Origin: Chiloscyllium plagiosum
Taxonomy: Eukaryota
Reading direction: 5' to 3'
DNA length: 64,000 nucleotides
Assembly: GCF_004010195.1 (NCBI RefSeq)
Contig: NC_057719.1
Location: forward strand, 77,193,339 to 77,257,338
This document shows positions 28,072 to 42,016 of this stretch, one piece after another. The notes beneath the pieces were generated by a model. It saw only the letters and a list, made by a program, of their open reading frames with translations, made no database searches and was not told where the DNA came from. Position 1 is the stretch's first letter. Every line of letters starts with the position of its first letter. Position numbers and translations under genes: made by a program.

Positions 28072-29239
28072 ACTAAGTTGAAAACATAAGTTGTAAAATT
28101 ATCTCAAAGACGTCAGATTTGAAGATTAAACTTTCGTCAGGGAGTTCTATCTGTTCGTCATAAACAAAATTCAAATACGTAATAGTGCTTTTGTTGGCTG
28201 CCGGGTTCCTAATTCGCAACCATTGGATCATAAAACCGTTCCAGAGCTCGCTGTGGTCTCCTGTAAAGACTCAAATTTCAAACAGCACATATATTAATTT
28301 AGACTGCATTTGCATTATAAAACTGCTGAAGGAAGCAAAATATAGTCTCTCAAAAGTGACAGATCCATAATATAACTAGAGTATGTGCAGTTATATGTGA
28401 TTTGTTACTGTCTTTTGCCTTGTGTGCCTCTACTCATTTCCCATGTGAGAAGTTATGTGTTGGTTTGGATGAGCTGCAACACACATCCTTATGGGCAACT
28501 GCTATGATTGCAGGAAGCAACAGGTGATAAAACACTGCATTAGACAAGTCTAAGGAGACACCAGCAGGATGTTTTCAACTTAAGGCATTTCACTGCAGTG
28601 TGAATAACTTTTGTTTTTTTTTCTGAACCCAGTTACTGCTGTAATTAATACAATAAGGGCAGAAGACCTAGGGTAGGAAGTGTATCGGTATGCAACTGAA
28701 TTCTGTAGATTATTTCATTCAGGGAAATATTTGGAGATAACAATCTATAAACATTAGAGATAAATGGAAGTGAAAGCCTGCCTGTGAAAATAATTAGTCA
28801 AATTGATGAAAAGTAGCAACTAAGAAATATATTTACGTCTTTGTAAATTTCTGACAATGTCAGTATTTCATTATGTAGTACTGTCGAAATCATGTAATGT
28901 CGATGAATAAAAATCTATTCTCAGTCTTCATCCCTGCTGTAGTACTGAAGGTGTGACCCAGAACTAGCCACATTCCAAGTTAAACTGATCCAATACTGTT
29001 CCACACTGGCATCTACCCAGCAATGTGAAAATTGCCCAGGGATCTCCTGATCACTAAAAAACAGAACAAACTCAGTCTGGCCATGTATAAAACATGGTAC
29101 TTTCAATGGTACCATTAATGAGGCTAGTTTTCAAATCCAGATTTTTTTCTAAACAATGAATTTAAATTTCAACAATCGTTGTGATATAATTTGAACCCAT
29201 GAGTCCTGTGAATTTGCTAGTAATGTCAAATAATGATAA

Positions 29240-30330
29240 TTAGACAACCTTATTGAAACACAAAGGATTCTTAGGGGCTTGACAGAGTAGACGCAGAAAG
29301 ATTGTTTCCCCATGTGGGAGAGTCTAGGACTAAAGTACATGATGTCAAAATGACAGTCACCCATTTCAGACAGAGATGAGGAGGAATTTTTCTCTGGGAG
29401 GGTAATTGAATCTGTGAAATTCTTTATACAAAGAACTACAGAACATAGAACTGTTTCGCACAGGAATAGGCCCTTTGGCCCACAGTGTTGTGCCAAACGT
29501 GACACCAAATTAAACGAATCCCTTCTTCATCCCCTTGGCTCATATCACTCCATTTCTTGCATATTCATGTGCTTATCTAAAAGTTCCTCTAACTGGCTCT
29601 GTAGTACCTGCCTCCTCCTCCTTTACCTCTGGCAGTATGTTCCAGACTCCTACCACACTCTGTGTAAAAAAAAAAAATCAACCTGTTCCTCACATCTTCT
29701 TTGAACTTCCCCCCTCTCACCTTAAATGCATGCCCCCTAGTTTTACACATTTCAACTTAGGGTTGACAGTCAGAATCGTTTTTCCCCAATTTATACATCT
29801 CATAATTTTATAGACTTCTTTCAAGTTTCCCCTCCATCTCAGCCACTCCAGAGAAAACAACATGAGTTTTTCTAGTGTCTCTTTATAGCTGATACCCTCT
29901 AATCCAGGCATCATCCTGGTAAATCTCTTCTGCACCCTCTTCAAAGCCTTCACAATCCTTCTTGTAATGTGGCAGCCAGAATTGAATGCAATGCTCTGAG
30001 TGGCCTACCCAAAGCCTGAAAAGCTGCAACACAACATCCTGACCCTTGTACTCAATTCTCCAACCAACAAAGGAAAGTATGCCATACACCATCTCTACTA
30101 CCCTATCTACTTGAGTAGCCACTTTCAGGGAGCTATGGACTTGAACTATTGAGGCTGTGTTGTTAAGTATGTTCAAGGCTGAGCTAGACAGATGTTTAGT
30201 CATCAAGGGAATCGAGGGTTATGGGGATAAGGCAAGAAAGAGGAGTTAGGGATAATCAGATAACCCATGATCTCATTGAATGGTGCAGCACACTTAATGG
30301 GCCAAATGGCCTATTTCTACCCTTACATTT
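29240..30330. mobile_element. CR1-type LINE (- strand, about 29438-30145) inserted into an older + strand CR1 tail
   Basis: ALKRVQKRFTRMMPGLEGISYKE; QVHSSLKVATQVDRVV. Confidence 0.8.
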
Positions 30331-30660
30331 TATAGTGATAATCTTTTGAGTGACTAGTCTAGTGACAATACCACACAGCCACTGACTCCAAAACCAATAC
30401 CTTTCAAACCTATGAGTTCTACCACCTGAAACAACAAGGGCAGCAGATAGGAACAAACTTGCAAGATCTCCTTCAGGTCACAATCTTGACTTGGAACAAT
30501 ATCTCCATTCCTTCATTGTCTGCATAGTAATCCTGGAACTCCCTTATTTACAGCATAGTGGAGGATACTGGTTTAAGTGGCTCACCATCACCACCTCAAT
30601 GGCAACTAGATATGGGTGACAAAGCATTTATACCCAAGAGTGATGTCATCTATTAAAAGT

Positions 30661-30978
30661 GGGCGGCACGGTGGCACAGTGGTTAGCACTGCTGCCTCAC
30701 AGCGCCAGAGACCCGGGTTCAATTCCCGCCTCAGGCGACTGTGTGGAGTTTGCACGTTCTCCCCGTGTCTGCGTGGGTTTCCTCTGGGTACTCCGGTTTC
30801 CTCCCACAATCCAAAAATGTGCAGGTTAGGTGAATTTGCCATGCTAAATTACCCCTAGTGTTAGGTGAAGGGGAAATGTAGGGCAAAGGGTCTGGGTGGA
30901 TTACGCTTTGGCGGGACAGTGTGGACTTGTTGGGCCAAAGGGCCTGTTTCCACACTGTAAGTAATCTAATCTAATCTA
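30661..30978 (+). mobile_element. HE1-type SINE
   Basis: GGGCGGCACGGTGGCACAGTGGTTAGC head, GGTTCAATTCC B box, TAATC tail. Confidence 0.9.
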
Positions 30979-31892
30979 AACCACTCAAAGATCAACTTTG
31001 TTTCCTTCTTGAGCCCCTCGTGAATTGGTATTGTTTTCATAACATGGATCAATAATAATAAAATGAAATCCATTCCTGAATATATGACCAATTGCAATCT
31101 GAGTATTAAGTTGAAATTTGAATTTCTAAAAGCCAGAGCACCTCATCATACAGGTGGATTTGCAGAGTGATCTCACAATGCAACCCAGTTAAGATACAGT
31201 CTTATCACATCAGTGAAATCAATGTAGTTCTGGAACTGCTGATTTTACAGCTGGTACAGTATAACACTGGGTGGTATCTGCTCATTCTCCTGTGAGCAAT
31301 CAAGCGTGTTCAGAAGTTTTCCGCTAGCTTCCCAGTGTGCAGCTCATTGAGGAAAATGTTTCCCCTGATAACTCTAAGCTGATCACAGCTGAAGGCTAAA
31401 CAGTAGTGCAGGAATTGACATTTTTGATTTCCAGTGGATTGATGTATATTAATGCTTGTCAGTAAATTAAATGGTGATGCCTCAGGGATAAAATGTAACA
31501 CAAGCAATGGGTACAAAGGTAGCCCTTTGTATCGTTTGACTGTTAAGTGATCAAAGTAAATACCAACCAAGTGACCAAATATTTCTGCATCATTCAAAAG
31601 TCTGGTGCTGGCTAATTTTGCAACTTGGAAGCTACTGTAAAAATTGAGCTTCCACATTGGACTCACATGTAAGAAAAATGACACATGTTCTGGTGCAGGA
31701 TCTTCAATCAGTTGTATATCGTATCAAGCACTACCAAGCATGGGAAAGATGGTTACAGTGCAGCTTTATAACTGTGTTGGAACTTAGTCACTCTCTGAAC
31801 TTAACATTGAAACTTTCAGTTTGGAATATAAATGGATTTTCAGCCTGTGTGCCAGATTAATATCCCAGTGTAAAACGTTTGCCAATTAGTGA

Positions 31893-32117
<225 letters not shown>

Positions 32118-32196
32118 TGACTCTCTAGTAGCTGTTTAATATGACACTGAATTCATAGGTACACATTGGAAGGGTGAATTAAGAATTGATGAACAA

Positions 32197-32636
32197 TCAA
32201 GTGTTGCTGAACAAAGACACCTTGGAGTGCAGGTTCATAGCTCCTTGAAAGCGGAGTTGCAGGTAGATAGAATAGTGAAGAAGTCTTTTGGTATGCTTTC
32301 CTTTATTGGTCAGAGTACTGAGTACAGGAGTTGGGAGGTCTTTCTGCAGCTGTACAAGACATTGGTTAGGCCATTTTTGGAATATTGCATGCATATCTGG
32401 TCTCCTTCCTATCGGAAGGATATTGTGAAACTTGGAAGGGTTTAGAAAAGGTTTACAAGGATGTTGCCAGAGTTGGAGGATTTGAGCTATAGGGACAGAT
32501 TGAATAGACTGGGGCTGTTTTCCCTTAAGTGTCGGAGGCTGAGGGCTGACCTTTATAGAGGTTTATAAAATCATGAGGGGCATGGATAGGATAAATAGAC
32601 AAAGTCTTTTCCCTGGGGTCGGGGAGTCCAGAACTG
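32197..32636 (+). mobile_element. CR1/HER1-type LINE fragment
   Basis: QVHSSLKAELQVDRIVKKSFGMLSFIGQSTEYRSWEVFLQLYKTLVRPFLEYC. Confidence 0.88.
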
Positions 32637-32639
32637 GTG

Positions 32640-32815
32640 TGTGAGCTTTATCCCACCCATTTCTGCTGCTTCAATTGTTCCAACTTAAACGAAACAACCA
32701 AGGCTTCACAAGTCATTTATTAGCTTTGAACAGACCACTTGGCACCTCTGTCTCAACGTCTGTTCATATCAAAACCAGGACAAAATATACCTCTTAAAGC
32801 CATAATATCATCACA
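32640..32815 (-). mobile_element. LTR fragment related to the LTR at 13212-14191
   Basis: Shares 'acctctgtctcaac...aggacaaaata...aaagccata.ta....tcaca' with 14111-14191. Confidence 0.65.
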
Positions 32816-33486
32816 TACCAATCAGATAACATCTAAATAATCTGTTTTTGTGATGTTGATTGAAGAGTAAGTAGTGGTATGCATCTCAGGGAAAACCCCT
32901 GCCCTCCTTTGAATGGTGTCACAGGATCTTTTACATCACCCTAAGACACATGTTGCCTTAGTTTAATGTCTCATCTGGACAGTGCAACACTTATTCAGTT
33001 GTAAAAACACTAACCAAGAGTGCAACCACTGAATTGTGCTAACAGAATTGTGGAAATCTTTTAAAATGTGCTTTGACTAAATTGACAGCAGGAAATGGGA
33101 TTAATAGAAAAGAACTGCAAAAACAAATTGCAGGTGTTCGAAGTGTTACAGCCCTGGGCTTTTAGACCATGCGAAATGCATCATCGTTATCATAATTCAT
33201 TCATCCTGTGCAAGTCTTACAGTCCATGTTCTTTGTAATTTCCAGTATTGGGATTCTTCAAATTTAGTTCCAATCAAGACTTTTATTTCGTGTTTCCCTC
33301 TTTTGTTCATAAGCTAAATTCAAATTGCTTGTCTTAGGGTGATGTAAAAGATCCTGTGACACCATTCAAAGGAGGGCAGGGGTATTCCCTGAGATGCATA
33401 CCACTACTTACTCTTCAATCAACATCACAAAAACAGATTATTTAGATGTTATCTGATTGGTATGTGATGATATTATGGCTTTAAGA
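32792..33486. repeat. 157-bp inverted duplication (32792-32948 and 33330-33486)
   Basis: Reverse-complement identity with about 2 mismatches. Confidence 0.95.
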
Positions 33487-35021
33487 CAGACCATCCTGTT
33501 TACAGCTTCATTGCCTCCTCTTCACTGACAAACAAAAGACAAACAATTGCACCTTTTTTGTTGTGAACTCACACGGCTATATTATTTACACTTCATCAGT
33601 TGTAATTCCGTTTGAAAATTCTGGACACATCTACAGCCCGAAGATGTGTTATATATAATTACTGAGTTAGACTGAAAGAAAGCTTTTTGGTTTCCATTGA
33701 AAATGTTTTCTCTCCAACCAAGTTTGCTGCATTTTAGGGGTCAGGTCAGGTCAGCTCTGAAGTCTCTCTCAAATTGGTACTCAATAACTCCACTGCAAGA
33801 ATATGGTGGTAGGGTTATTGAGTACCAAATTACTATCTAAACTGAGTTTGATTTGTTATGGTATCAGTAACTTATAACTCTGCCAGGGACCTGCTTACAC
33901 ACATTCTAAATTCCTTATCCTGGCTTATTTTGTACCAAACAATACAATCCAGTTAAAACAGAAAAATGCCGGGAACACTGAGCAAAAAGCTGTGGAAAGA
34001 AACGAGAGTTACACTTCACTTCTGTGACCTTTCTTCAGAACTGGAAAACATTAGAGTTGTATTAAGTGTGGAGCAAGGGATAGCTTGGGACAAGGACAGT
34101 TGGAATGTCTGCATGAAAATCAGTAGAGATTGAATGACAAGACAGCTAGTCTTCCAGTGCCAAAGTAAATAGTAATGAGACAAGAATAGAAGCAAACTCA
34201 ATGGAGGAGGTGTGCTGCTGACTAAAAACGAGCACAAGAAACAAAATGGGGCACATATTAAGGTCTGAAACTGTTATACTCACTGTTGTATCAATTGTCT
34301 GGTGCAAGCTTTCGTGAAAAGATAGTGTAAGGGTCAATGCGAGGTTGCAAATGAGCTGCTTACAAGACCTTGACCATTACAACTGGCACTGCCCTCAACA
34401 TCTAATTTCAGGAATTGTTTTGATAGAATATTTGCATGGGGTTTGACTGTAGTTACAACTGGGCATCATACAAATAAGCACAGTAAGATTTGCTCATTGA
34501 TCAGATTTCTCACAGCTGATTTCAACGAGAAATTTTATTTTTATTGAATAGCCAGAATAGCTGTTTCAATATGGATCTCTAAAACTCAGTGGTGGAGGGC
34601 CAGTAATTGGGGAAGGAAAATGAGGGTGATCTCTGGACCTCCAATATCCTCCTCACTCTAAGCGTCCTATGATCTGTATGTCTTTGTTTGCTATCATCTG
34701 CCTATGCTGCTCGCAAAACAAAACTTGTTACTAAATACAAGTTTATTGTATACTAAATACAATAAATCAAATCAAAAACAATAAATCAAATTATAAAGTT
34801 AGTTTCAAAATGACATGTAATGTACAGAACTGAGGGGGGGAAAAAAGTAAGAAAATAAACACAAAACAGCTTAAATATATTCCAAGGCAGTTTCAGTATA
34901 GAATTGGTATATTCGAGGTCAGTGAAAACATTGGACAGAATAATTTGTTCTATTGACCATGAAAAATTCTTTATTCCATTTTCCTTTGTTGTCAACCAAT
35001 TCATTGTGTTTTCTATATTAG

Positions 35022-35162
<141 letters not shown>

Positions 35163-36400
35163 AACACTTGCAGCAGTCGCTCAAGTGCGGAAGATAGAAA
35201 CGGGAGTAAATCTCTCTCTGCCATCCTGTGGTCAGAATGCATTACTGCAACAGCTGGAGGCTGGATTAGACTATCCAGAATGTAAACTCATGCAGCAGGG
35301 ATGTTGCGTTTGTCAGAGCTAACTGACAGGAAGAAGGAAAACTGCACGGAGGCAGAACTCTGATCTAAAATTATATTTTGTTTTTTTTAAAAAACCTATA
35401 AGAAATTCTATGCATTTCATATGCTTTAAATAACATTTTTCTTAAGTTGTTAAGTAGATTTTGTTGAGTATTTTGTCTGTTTATTTATTTGCCAATACTG
35501 AGAATGCCCTAGTTTCATGCAGTGCACGTTTAAAAACTCTTTAAAAGAAAATATTGTTTTTGAAGTTATTGATAGGTTAGAATTCTATTGACCATACAAA
35601 AGAACTCTCATGTCCAGTTTAATCATTTCACTACTGTCTCATTCCTTCTGAGTTGTAACTGTGTTGAAGACAACTGCACTAATTAACAACAATGCACTAA
35701 ATATTTCTGAGATTGCTCAGAGCTTTTTATTTATACAAATGCCATTATATTTTAAAATGCCTTTTGGGATGAGGACATTAATCATCAGCTCATGTCATGC
35801 TCCAGACTCGCCTTTACTCTCTTTATTTTAACTTGGAATTTATTTTGTTTCAATAGAACTTGTATACAGTTGTATAATTTTTTTTGATATTTATTACTGT
35901 GAATTTTTTTTTGTTATAACAGCTTTTGTTTCTGTACATTCAGGGAAAAGAAATTTTAAGATAAAGTTAAAAGTGGGTTCAGCATTAGATTTGCTGGACT
36001 GAATTGCAAAATGACTGGATACAGTTCACTGTTTCCTCACAGGTCGTGCAACTTAAACCCTTTCACTCATGCATCAAACAACCACCACCGCAAAGCATAT
36101 ATCAAGGGGACGGGTGCTTATGTGTATGTATACAGAAAACTTGTAAATAACGTAGTTGATGTTTAAAACAAAGATGACAGAAGCCTAAGTAAAGATTTTT
36201 TTTTCGCAGTGTACTGCATCTGAAACTAAATACAGTATTGAAATTATGATCAATAAAGCAATTTTATAATAAAGCAGGTCCATTTTGGTGTAACATTTGG
36301 CTTCAATTTTACTTAATCATTCTGTTTGAACATACAATCCTGTGTTTGTGTAAAGACCAACATTTGATAAAATGTAATAAAGATTTAATATTTTCAAAGG
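35163..36400 (+). other. PCNX1: PCNX1 3' UTR (approximate end)
   Basis: AT-rich and repeat-poor after the stop; Pumilio-type TGTAAATA at 36142-36149; ends near clustered AATAAA signals. Confidence 0.6.
36252..36381 (+). terminator. Candidate polyadenylation signals of PCNX1
   Basis: AATAAA at 36252-36257, 36268-36273 and 36376-36381. Confidence 0.6.
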
Positions 36401-36765
36401 CTCAAGGACTGATAACCAAAAGTGACAGACAGATTTAAGGCAATTTGTAAAGCGTCAAAGTTAACAGTTCTTTTGATGCAACATGTAATTATTGGGGTTT
36501 GGAATATATTACCTGCTAAGTATGTACAGATCGAATAGTGGCCACCAGAAAGAAATTAGCTTCATTCTTGACCGAGAAAAAGTTACATAATATTGAGAAA
36601 CAGTGGGGAACTGAAACAGCCTACACTGACTTGATGGATTGAATGATACTGTTTTATTCTATGAAAGATCTTTTAAATGTTCAGTATATTCCAAAGCCAT
36701 TCACAGCCTAAAGGTTAATGTCAAGTCACTGTTGGTGGCAAGTATTCCTCGAACAAGTTTTCAAA

Positions 36766-37092
36766 GGGCGGCATGGTGGTTCAGTGGTTAACACTGCTGC
36801 CTCACAGCATCAGCGTCCCAGGTTCGATTCCAGCCTCGGGCGACTGTCTGTGTGGAGTTTGCATATTCTCCCCGTGTCTGCGTGGGTTTCTTCCAGGTGC
36901 TCCAGTTTCCTCCCACAGTCCAAAGATGTACAGGTCAGGTGAATTGGTCATGCTAAATTGCCGGCAGTGTTATGTGCATTAGTCAGGGGTAAATATAGGG
37001 GAATGGGTCTGGGTGGGTTGCTCTTCAGAGGATCGGTGTGGACTTGTTGGACCGAAGGGCCTGTTCCACACTGTACGGAATCTAATCTAATC
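36766..37092 (+). mobile_element. HE1-type SINE
   Basis: Same head, body and tail as the copy at 30661. Confidence 0.88.
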
Positions 37093-39948
37093 ATAACCAT
37101 CAATATGATGGTTAACATTTTCAGGTTGCTAGAGGGATAACCATTGGCAAGAAAACCAGATAATGCTATGAGATCCTTCGCATCCATCTTGAGGGCAGGT
37201 AATGTCTTAATTTAGCCATATCCAACCAATCTATCATGTTGTCAATACTATTCAGGGAGCCTACCCAAATGTCCATGAAAGAGGATCAGTTATAATGCTG
37301 GAAAATTTCATTTGAAGGTTTTACAATTTGTAAAAATACAATAATGCACAATCAATACTGAATCGTTAGTTATATAAATATCTTGTATTACCACATTTGT
37401 CACAAACCAAAGTGCTGTTTGGAAGGACTTCCAGGATTTTGACACAGCAGCAGTGAAGAAAACAGCAATATAATTCTGTGTCAGGATTGTGCGTTACTTG
37501 AAGATGAATTTGCAGGCCATGGTTATTCCCAAGCATCTGCTGTTTTCGCTTCCAGATGGTAGATGTCACGAGTTTAGAAAATGCTATGAAAGAGCCTTGG
37601 TGAGTTGTTGCAGTACATTATGTATACACTGTTACCATGGTGGGGGGACTGAATGTTGAAGGCATTAGATGGGGTGCAGGTCAAAAGGAAAGTATTTAAT
37701 AATATTCTTGTACCTTGTGGATGGAATACAGGCTCTGGTATTGGATTAAAATCCTCGAAAGTCCTATCAAATACCTTGGTAGGAGCACTTCAACCTCACT
37801 GCAGCCCACCTACTAAATGGGCACTCACAATGAGCAATTAATGCAATTTCCTATCCCAAGAATATCAACAGTCTAACTCCATTTAAAATAATCGTAATGC
37901 ACTCGAGAACTTATTCCTGAATCTAAACCGTTATATACTCTACCTTGACTTTACTTCCCTTACTACAGTTTGTTGTTTCTATTTTTTTAAAATCATCCAA
38001 TTCCCTTTTAAACACCTCAATGGAATCTGCTTCATCCACAGTTCCAGCTGGTGCATTCCATTCCAAACCTGGACCGTGCCCATTGCGAAAACATTTTCCT
38101 TACCTCCCATTCGCCTTTGCAAAATTGCTTTAAAACTGTGCCCCTTGGTTTTCTTGTATGAACAGGCTTCTCCCTGTTTACTCCATCCAGGTCCCTCATG
38201 ATTCTGAAAGCTATCAATTCTTCCCTTAGCCACCTTTCCAAGGAAATCAGCCCCAGCTCCTCCAAATGATATTTAACTGTTTCTCAGTTGGGGGACCTTG
38301 GAGGGGAATTGATGGATGATTTTCACGTAGACTTATTATCCTTGTTCCTTCCAGATAGTGGAGGTTATGAGTTTGAGAAATGCTGCCAATGAATACTTGG
38401 CAAGTTGCTGGAGTGCATCCTGTACACTTTACAGTCAGCATGTGTCAGTAATTTGGATGGAAATGCTACTTCCACATCGTTCAACTAAAGTATTCCATCA
38501 CACTTCTGAGTTTACCTTGTGAACGGTAATAGGATCAGGAGATGAGTCACTTTAGCAGATTTTCTTAAACCACTCTAACCATTTGTCTTTGCCACAGCGT
38601 TTAGGTCCAGTTTAATTCCTGATCATTGGTGGTCCAGAGTATTAATGAATTGGGAAGAAGGTTGTCCAGAAGTTGGGTAATGGTAAAACCATTGAAGGTC
38701 ATGAATAAGGTAGTTTAGCATTTGCTTATTGGAGATGGTTGTTGCTTGATAATTCTGCAAATTTTACTTGTCATTTATCAGGCGAAACATGTATCCAGGT
38801 TGTGCTGATTGTAGGTATAAACTGCTTCATTATCTGGGGAATAATGAAATGAAGTTGGGGCTATGATAGTTAACCTGGACTAACCTCTGCCATTTAGTTT
38901 TGTGCTTAAGATGATTTCACCTCCTAGAAATATGTTCCTAACGTTCACTAACTTCTATTAGACTTCAGCTTCCCTGGTGATACCATTGATAAAATATTGT
39001 TTTGATGACACAGGCAGTCACTCGTTTCAATTCATATTCTTCACAGTAAATTGGTTCTGAAGCCAGCAGAATATTGCTGAATAAATGCCACTTGAAAGTA
39101 CTGATGACTGGATTAAACATTAAATTCAAATAAATACAGAAAACCCTCAACCCAGACCAGACTAAAGGAAAACTGTCTCACTGGTTGTGATGGTGTTAGA
39201 AGACTGCAGTAACAAGTTGTTCCCATTCATTCTGGTTTGGCGCTACCAAAATTCTACTCACCTCAATGCTGTGGATAACAGTGATATTCCACAGTCCCTA
39301 CATTAAAGCCTACATATGGAGGTTTCTACCAGTTGTTCTACTTACAACCCTGAGTTGAAAATTTGAGGGGTAGCTGACAACAATAGAGGCAACCAGGCTA
39401 CTTACTACCCTGATTTGTTCCATCAATACTAGTAGTGTAGCTATTACTGAAACATTTTAGCTCGAGGTTTTGGTACTTCTATAACAAAGATCAATATAGC
39501 CAAAATATTGATTAGGCCCAAAACATTTAGTTTAGCTATACAACCATGCTTGGTTATGGGCACTGACTTTCCCCACCTATTTGTGGCTTCTGCACCTTTG
39601 TGACCTTCAGTGCTTCCTCAAAGTGGTGTATACCTTCAAATGAGCTACATGGTCAGCTGAGGAAAGCAGAAATGGTAGGCACTTAATTTCCATGGCCCGG
39701 ACTGTAATTAATCAGTATCATCTCTCTTACCTGCACAACTGTACACCCTCCATCCCTCGTGCCCTCAGCTCTGATGGCTCTACAGCAGAAAGTGATTGAC
39801 TGACAGATTGGTATCAAAGGTTTGGGATTGTACAAATATTAAAGAACATTGAGTCCAAAGCCTGAACTGGGTGGATCTGCAACTGACCTGTGGTAGGCCA
39901 ATTATTTTGCAGCTATGATATTTTGATTTGTATATGCTCTTTCATCAT

Positions 39949-40559
39949 TGTCACAAAACTGATCCTTTTTTTTCCTAAGAACTGTTCCTTTTCTCAAGGA
40001 TACTGTGTCCTTGGGGCTTTTCAGAGGGGTCATAAAACTCTCCCAGCTCAGAGGTGGCTAATTTAGTACAGAGATGAAAAAGAATTTTGAGAGGCCTTTT
40101 GTTTATACGTAAACAGATGAGACTTCAGGCCAAAGTGACCTGTATAATGAAAGGGGAGTGGTCAGCTGGCTAGCTGAGCTGTTTAGTCCAGAACTAGTTA
40201 GTTCAGCTGTGTGGAAACAGGCTCTCTCTCCTGTTCTACTAACTTCAACTTGTAAGCATTTGTTCCATTTTTACTTATTTTAAGGGGGTTTGCTTATTGG
40301 GACTGTTGTGTTTCTGTGGAACAGCATAATTAAGTCTAGTTTGGATAGACTTCAGTTCTGTAGGGGTTCTTTATTCTGTTCTGTGTGTTTCACTGTGTAA
40401 TTTTGTGAATAAAGTTTTTGCCTGTTTTAAAACCTGCTAGTCAATCTAGCTAACTTACTCCGGGGAATTCACACTGTACACTTACTGAAACAAATTGCAA
40501 AGTTATGTCTGGGCTGCCTGCTTAAGAATGTTTTGAGTGGTGTGGCCTAGTCCATAACA
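39949..40559 (+). repeat. 5' LTR
   Basis: Starts TGTCACAAAA, ends GTCCATAACA; aligns by eye to 45186-45760. Confidence 0.9.
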
Positions 40560-40562
40560 GAC

Positions 40563-40581
40563 TGGGGGCTCTTTGTGGGAT
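40563..40581 (+). promoter_or_regulatory. Primer-binding site, tRNA-Pro-like
   Basis: TGGGGGCTCTTTGTGGGAT 3 nt after the LTR, versus the canonical tRNA-Pro PBS TGGGGGCTCGTCCGGGAT. Confidence 0.75.
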
Positions 40582-41798
40582 TTTAAGCAGCGAGTGGTAG
40601 GTTGCTAGTGTCTTTATTTCAGGTGTTGGTTTGGTTGGGTAGACAAAGCTTGGTATAGTAATGGCTCTTTCGGTCGTCAAATGTTTTCTGGAAGTGGAGG
40701 CAGTGACTTTGGAAGGTTTGCAAAAGGTGGGTAAGACTTCTGCAGGAGTTAGCAGACCAGCTGGGATTGGACCTTCTTGCTTCTGTGAGGAAAGAGGAGA
40801 TCATTACAGCAGTAGCTCAGCATTTAAACTTGCCGGAGAAACCATCAGAATCTGTAGAGATGGCAAGAATTTGATTGCAAATGAAGCAACTTGAGTTAAA
40901 GGCGAGAGAAAAGGGTGGCAGAAATTAAACAGTTTGAGTTACAGTTAAAGCTGGAGGAGAGGGAAAAAGAGAGCAGCAGAGGACAAAGAAAAAGAAAGAG
41001 CTTTTGAACTTCAAAAACTGATACTTAAAAAGAGAAGTTAACTTAAAAGGTTGGGATAAAGGCTGAAGGTAACCTTAGTGAGGAAGTAGTGCAAACTCAT
41101 GTGGAAGAGCAGAGTGTGAACATGGCAAGGTTAGCAGCTGAAACGGCTGATGATTATGAGCTCGTCCAGAAAACTCGATTTGGCTTCCAGGATCAATTTC
41201 AGTCCATGAGGGACAGAAATTGGGCAAAGAGAAATCCTCACGTGGAAAGGGAAAGGTAGGTCTGAGGGAAGATCATAAGGATAACTTACCACAGGGTAAA
41301 AAAGAAACCGTTGAGGGAGACAAAGAAGTTAAAAAGCTCCAGTGTTTTCATTGTGATTTCATGTGGCCCACTTTATTACAGTGTTGATGGGCTAGGAGAA
41401 AGCCAGATGGAGGAAAACCAGATAAGCCTGGGAGTTTTGTTGGACTAGTAACAAAAAGCACAAGGGAAATTAGGCAACTGCCTCAGAGTGTACAAGATAA
41501 TCAGAGATTGATTCAGGAGGGAGCACCAGATCTCCTTAAAAAATACACATGCAAGGGTAAAGTTTATTCACATAGGCCAGGAGTAGCAGGTAAAGAGGTT
41601 ACATTATTAAGGGACACAGGGATACTCTCAGTCTCTAATGCTGGAGGATGAGGAGATGTGTACTCCTGAAGGACTATTGTCAGAAAAAAAATTCTTGTAA
41701 CAGGAATTCATGGTGAGACATAAAGTGCTCAGTTATGTAGTGAGGCTAGAGAGTCCAGAGAGGAGTGGAGAATTTGTGGTAGGAGTACTGGACAAACT

Positions 41799-42016
41799 TG
41801 GTTAGAGTGGTGCTGGAAAAGCACAGCAGGTCAGGCAGCATCTGAGGAGCAGGAAAATTGACGTTTCGGACAAAAGCCCTTCATCAGGAATCAACAGGCT
41901 TTTGCCCGAAACGTTGATTTTCCTGTTCTTCAGATGCTATCTGACCTGCTGTGTTTTTCCAGCACCACTCTAATCTAGACTCTGGTTTCCAGCATCTGCA
42001 GTCCTTGTTTTTACCT
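41799..42016. mobile_element. Penelope-derived fold-back, family A variant, nested in the Gypsy pol region
   Basis: TSD GTACTGGACAAACT at 41785-41798 and 42017-42030; hammerhead core on - strand at 41860-41887. Confidence 0.85.

Noticed and set aside
30661..30730. tRNA-like A/B boxes
   Set aside because: Head of an HE1-type SINE, followed by SINE body and tail; not a tRNA gene
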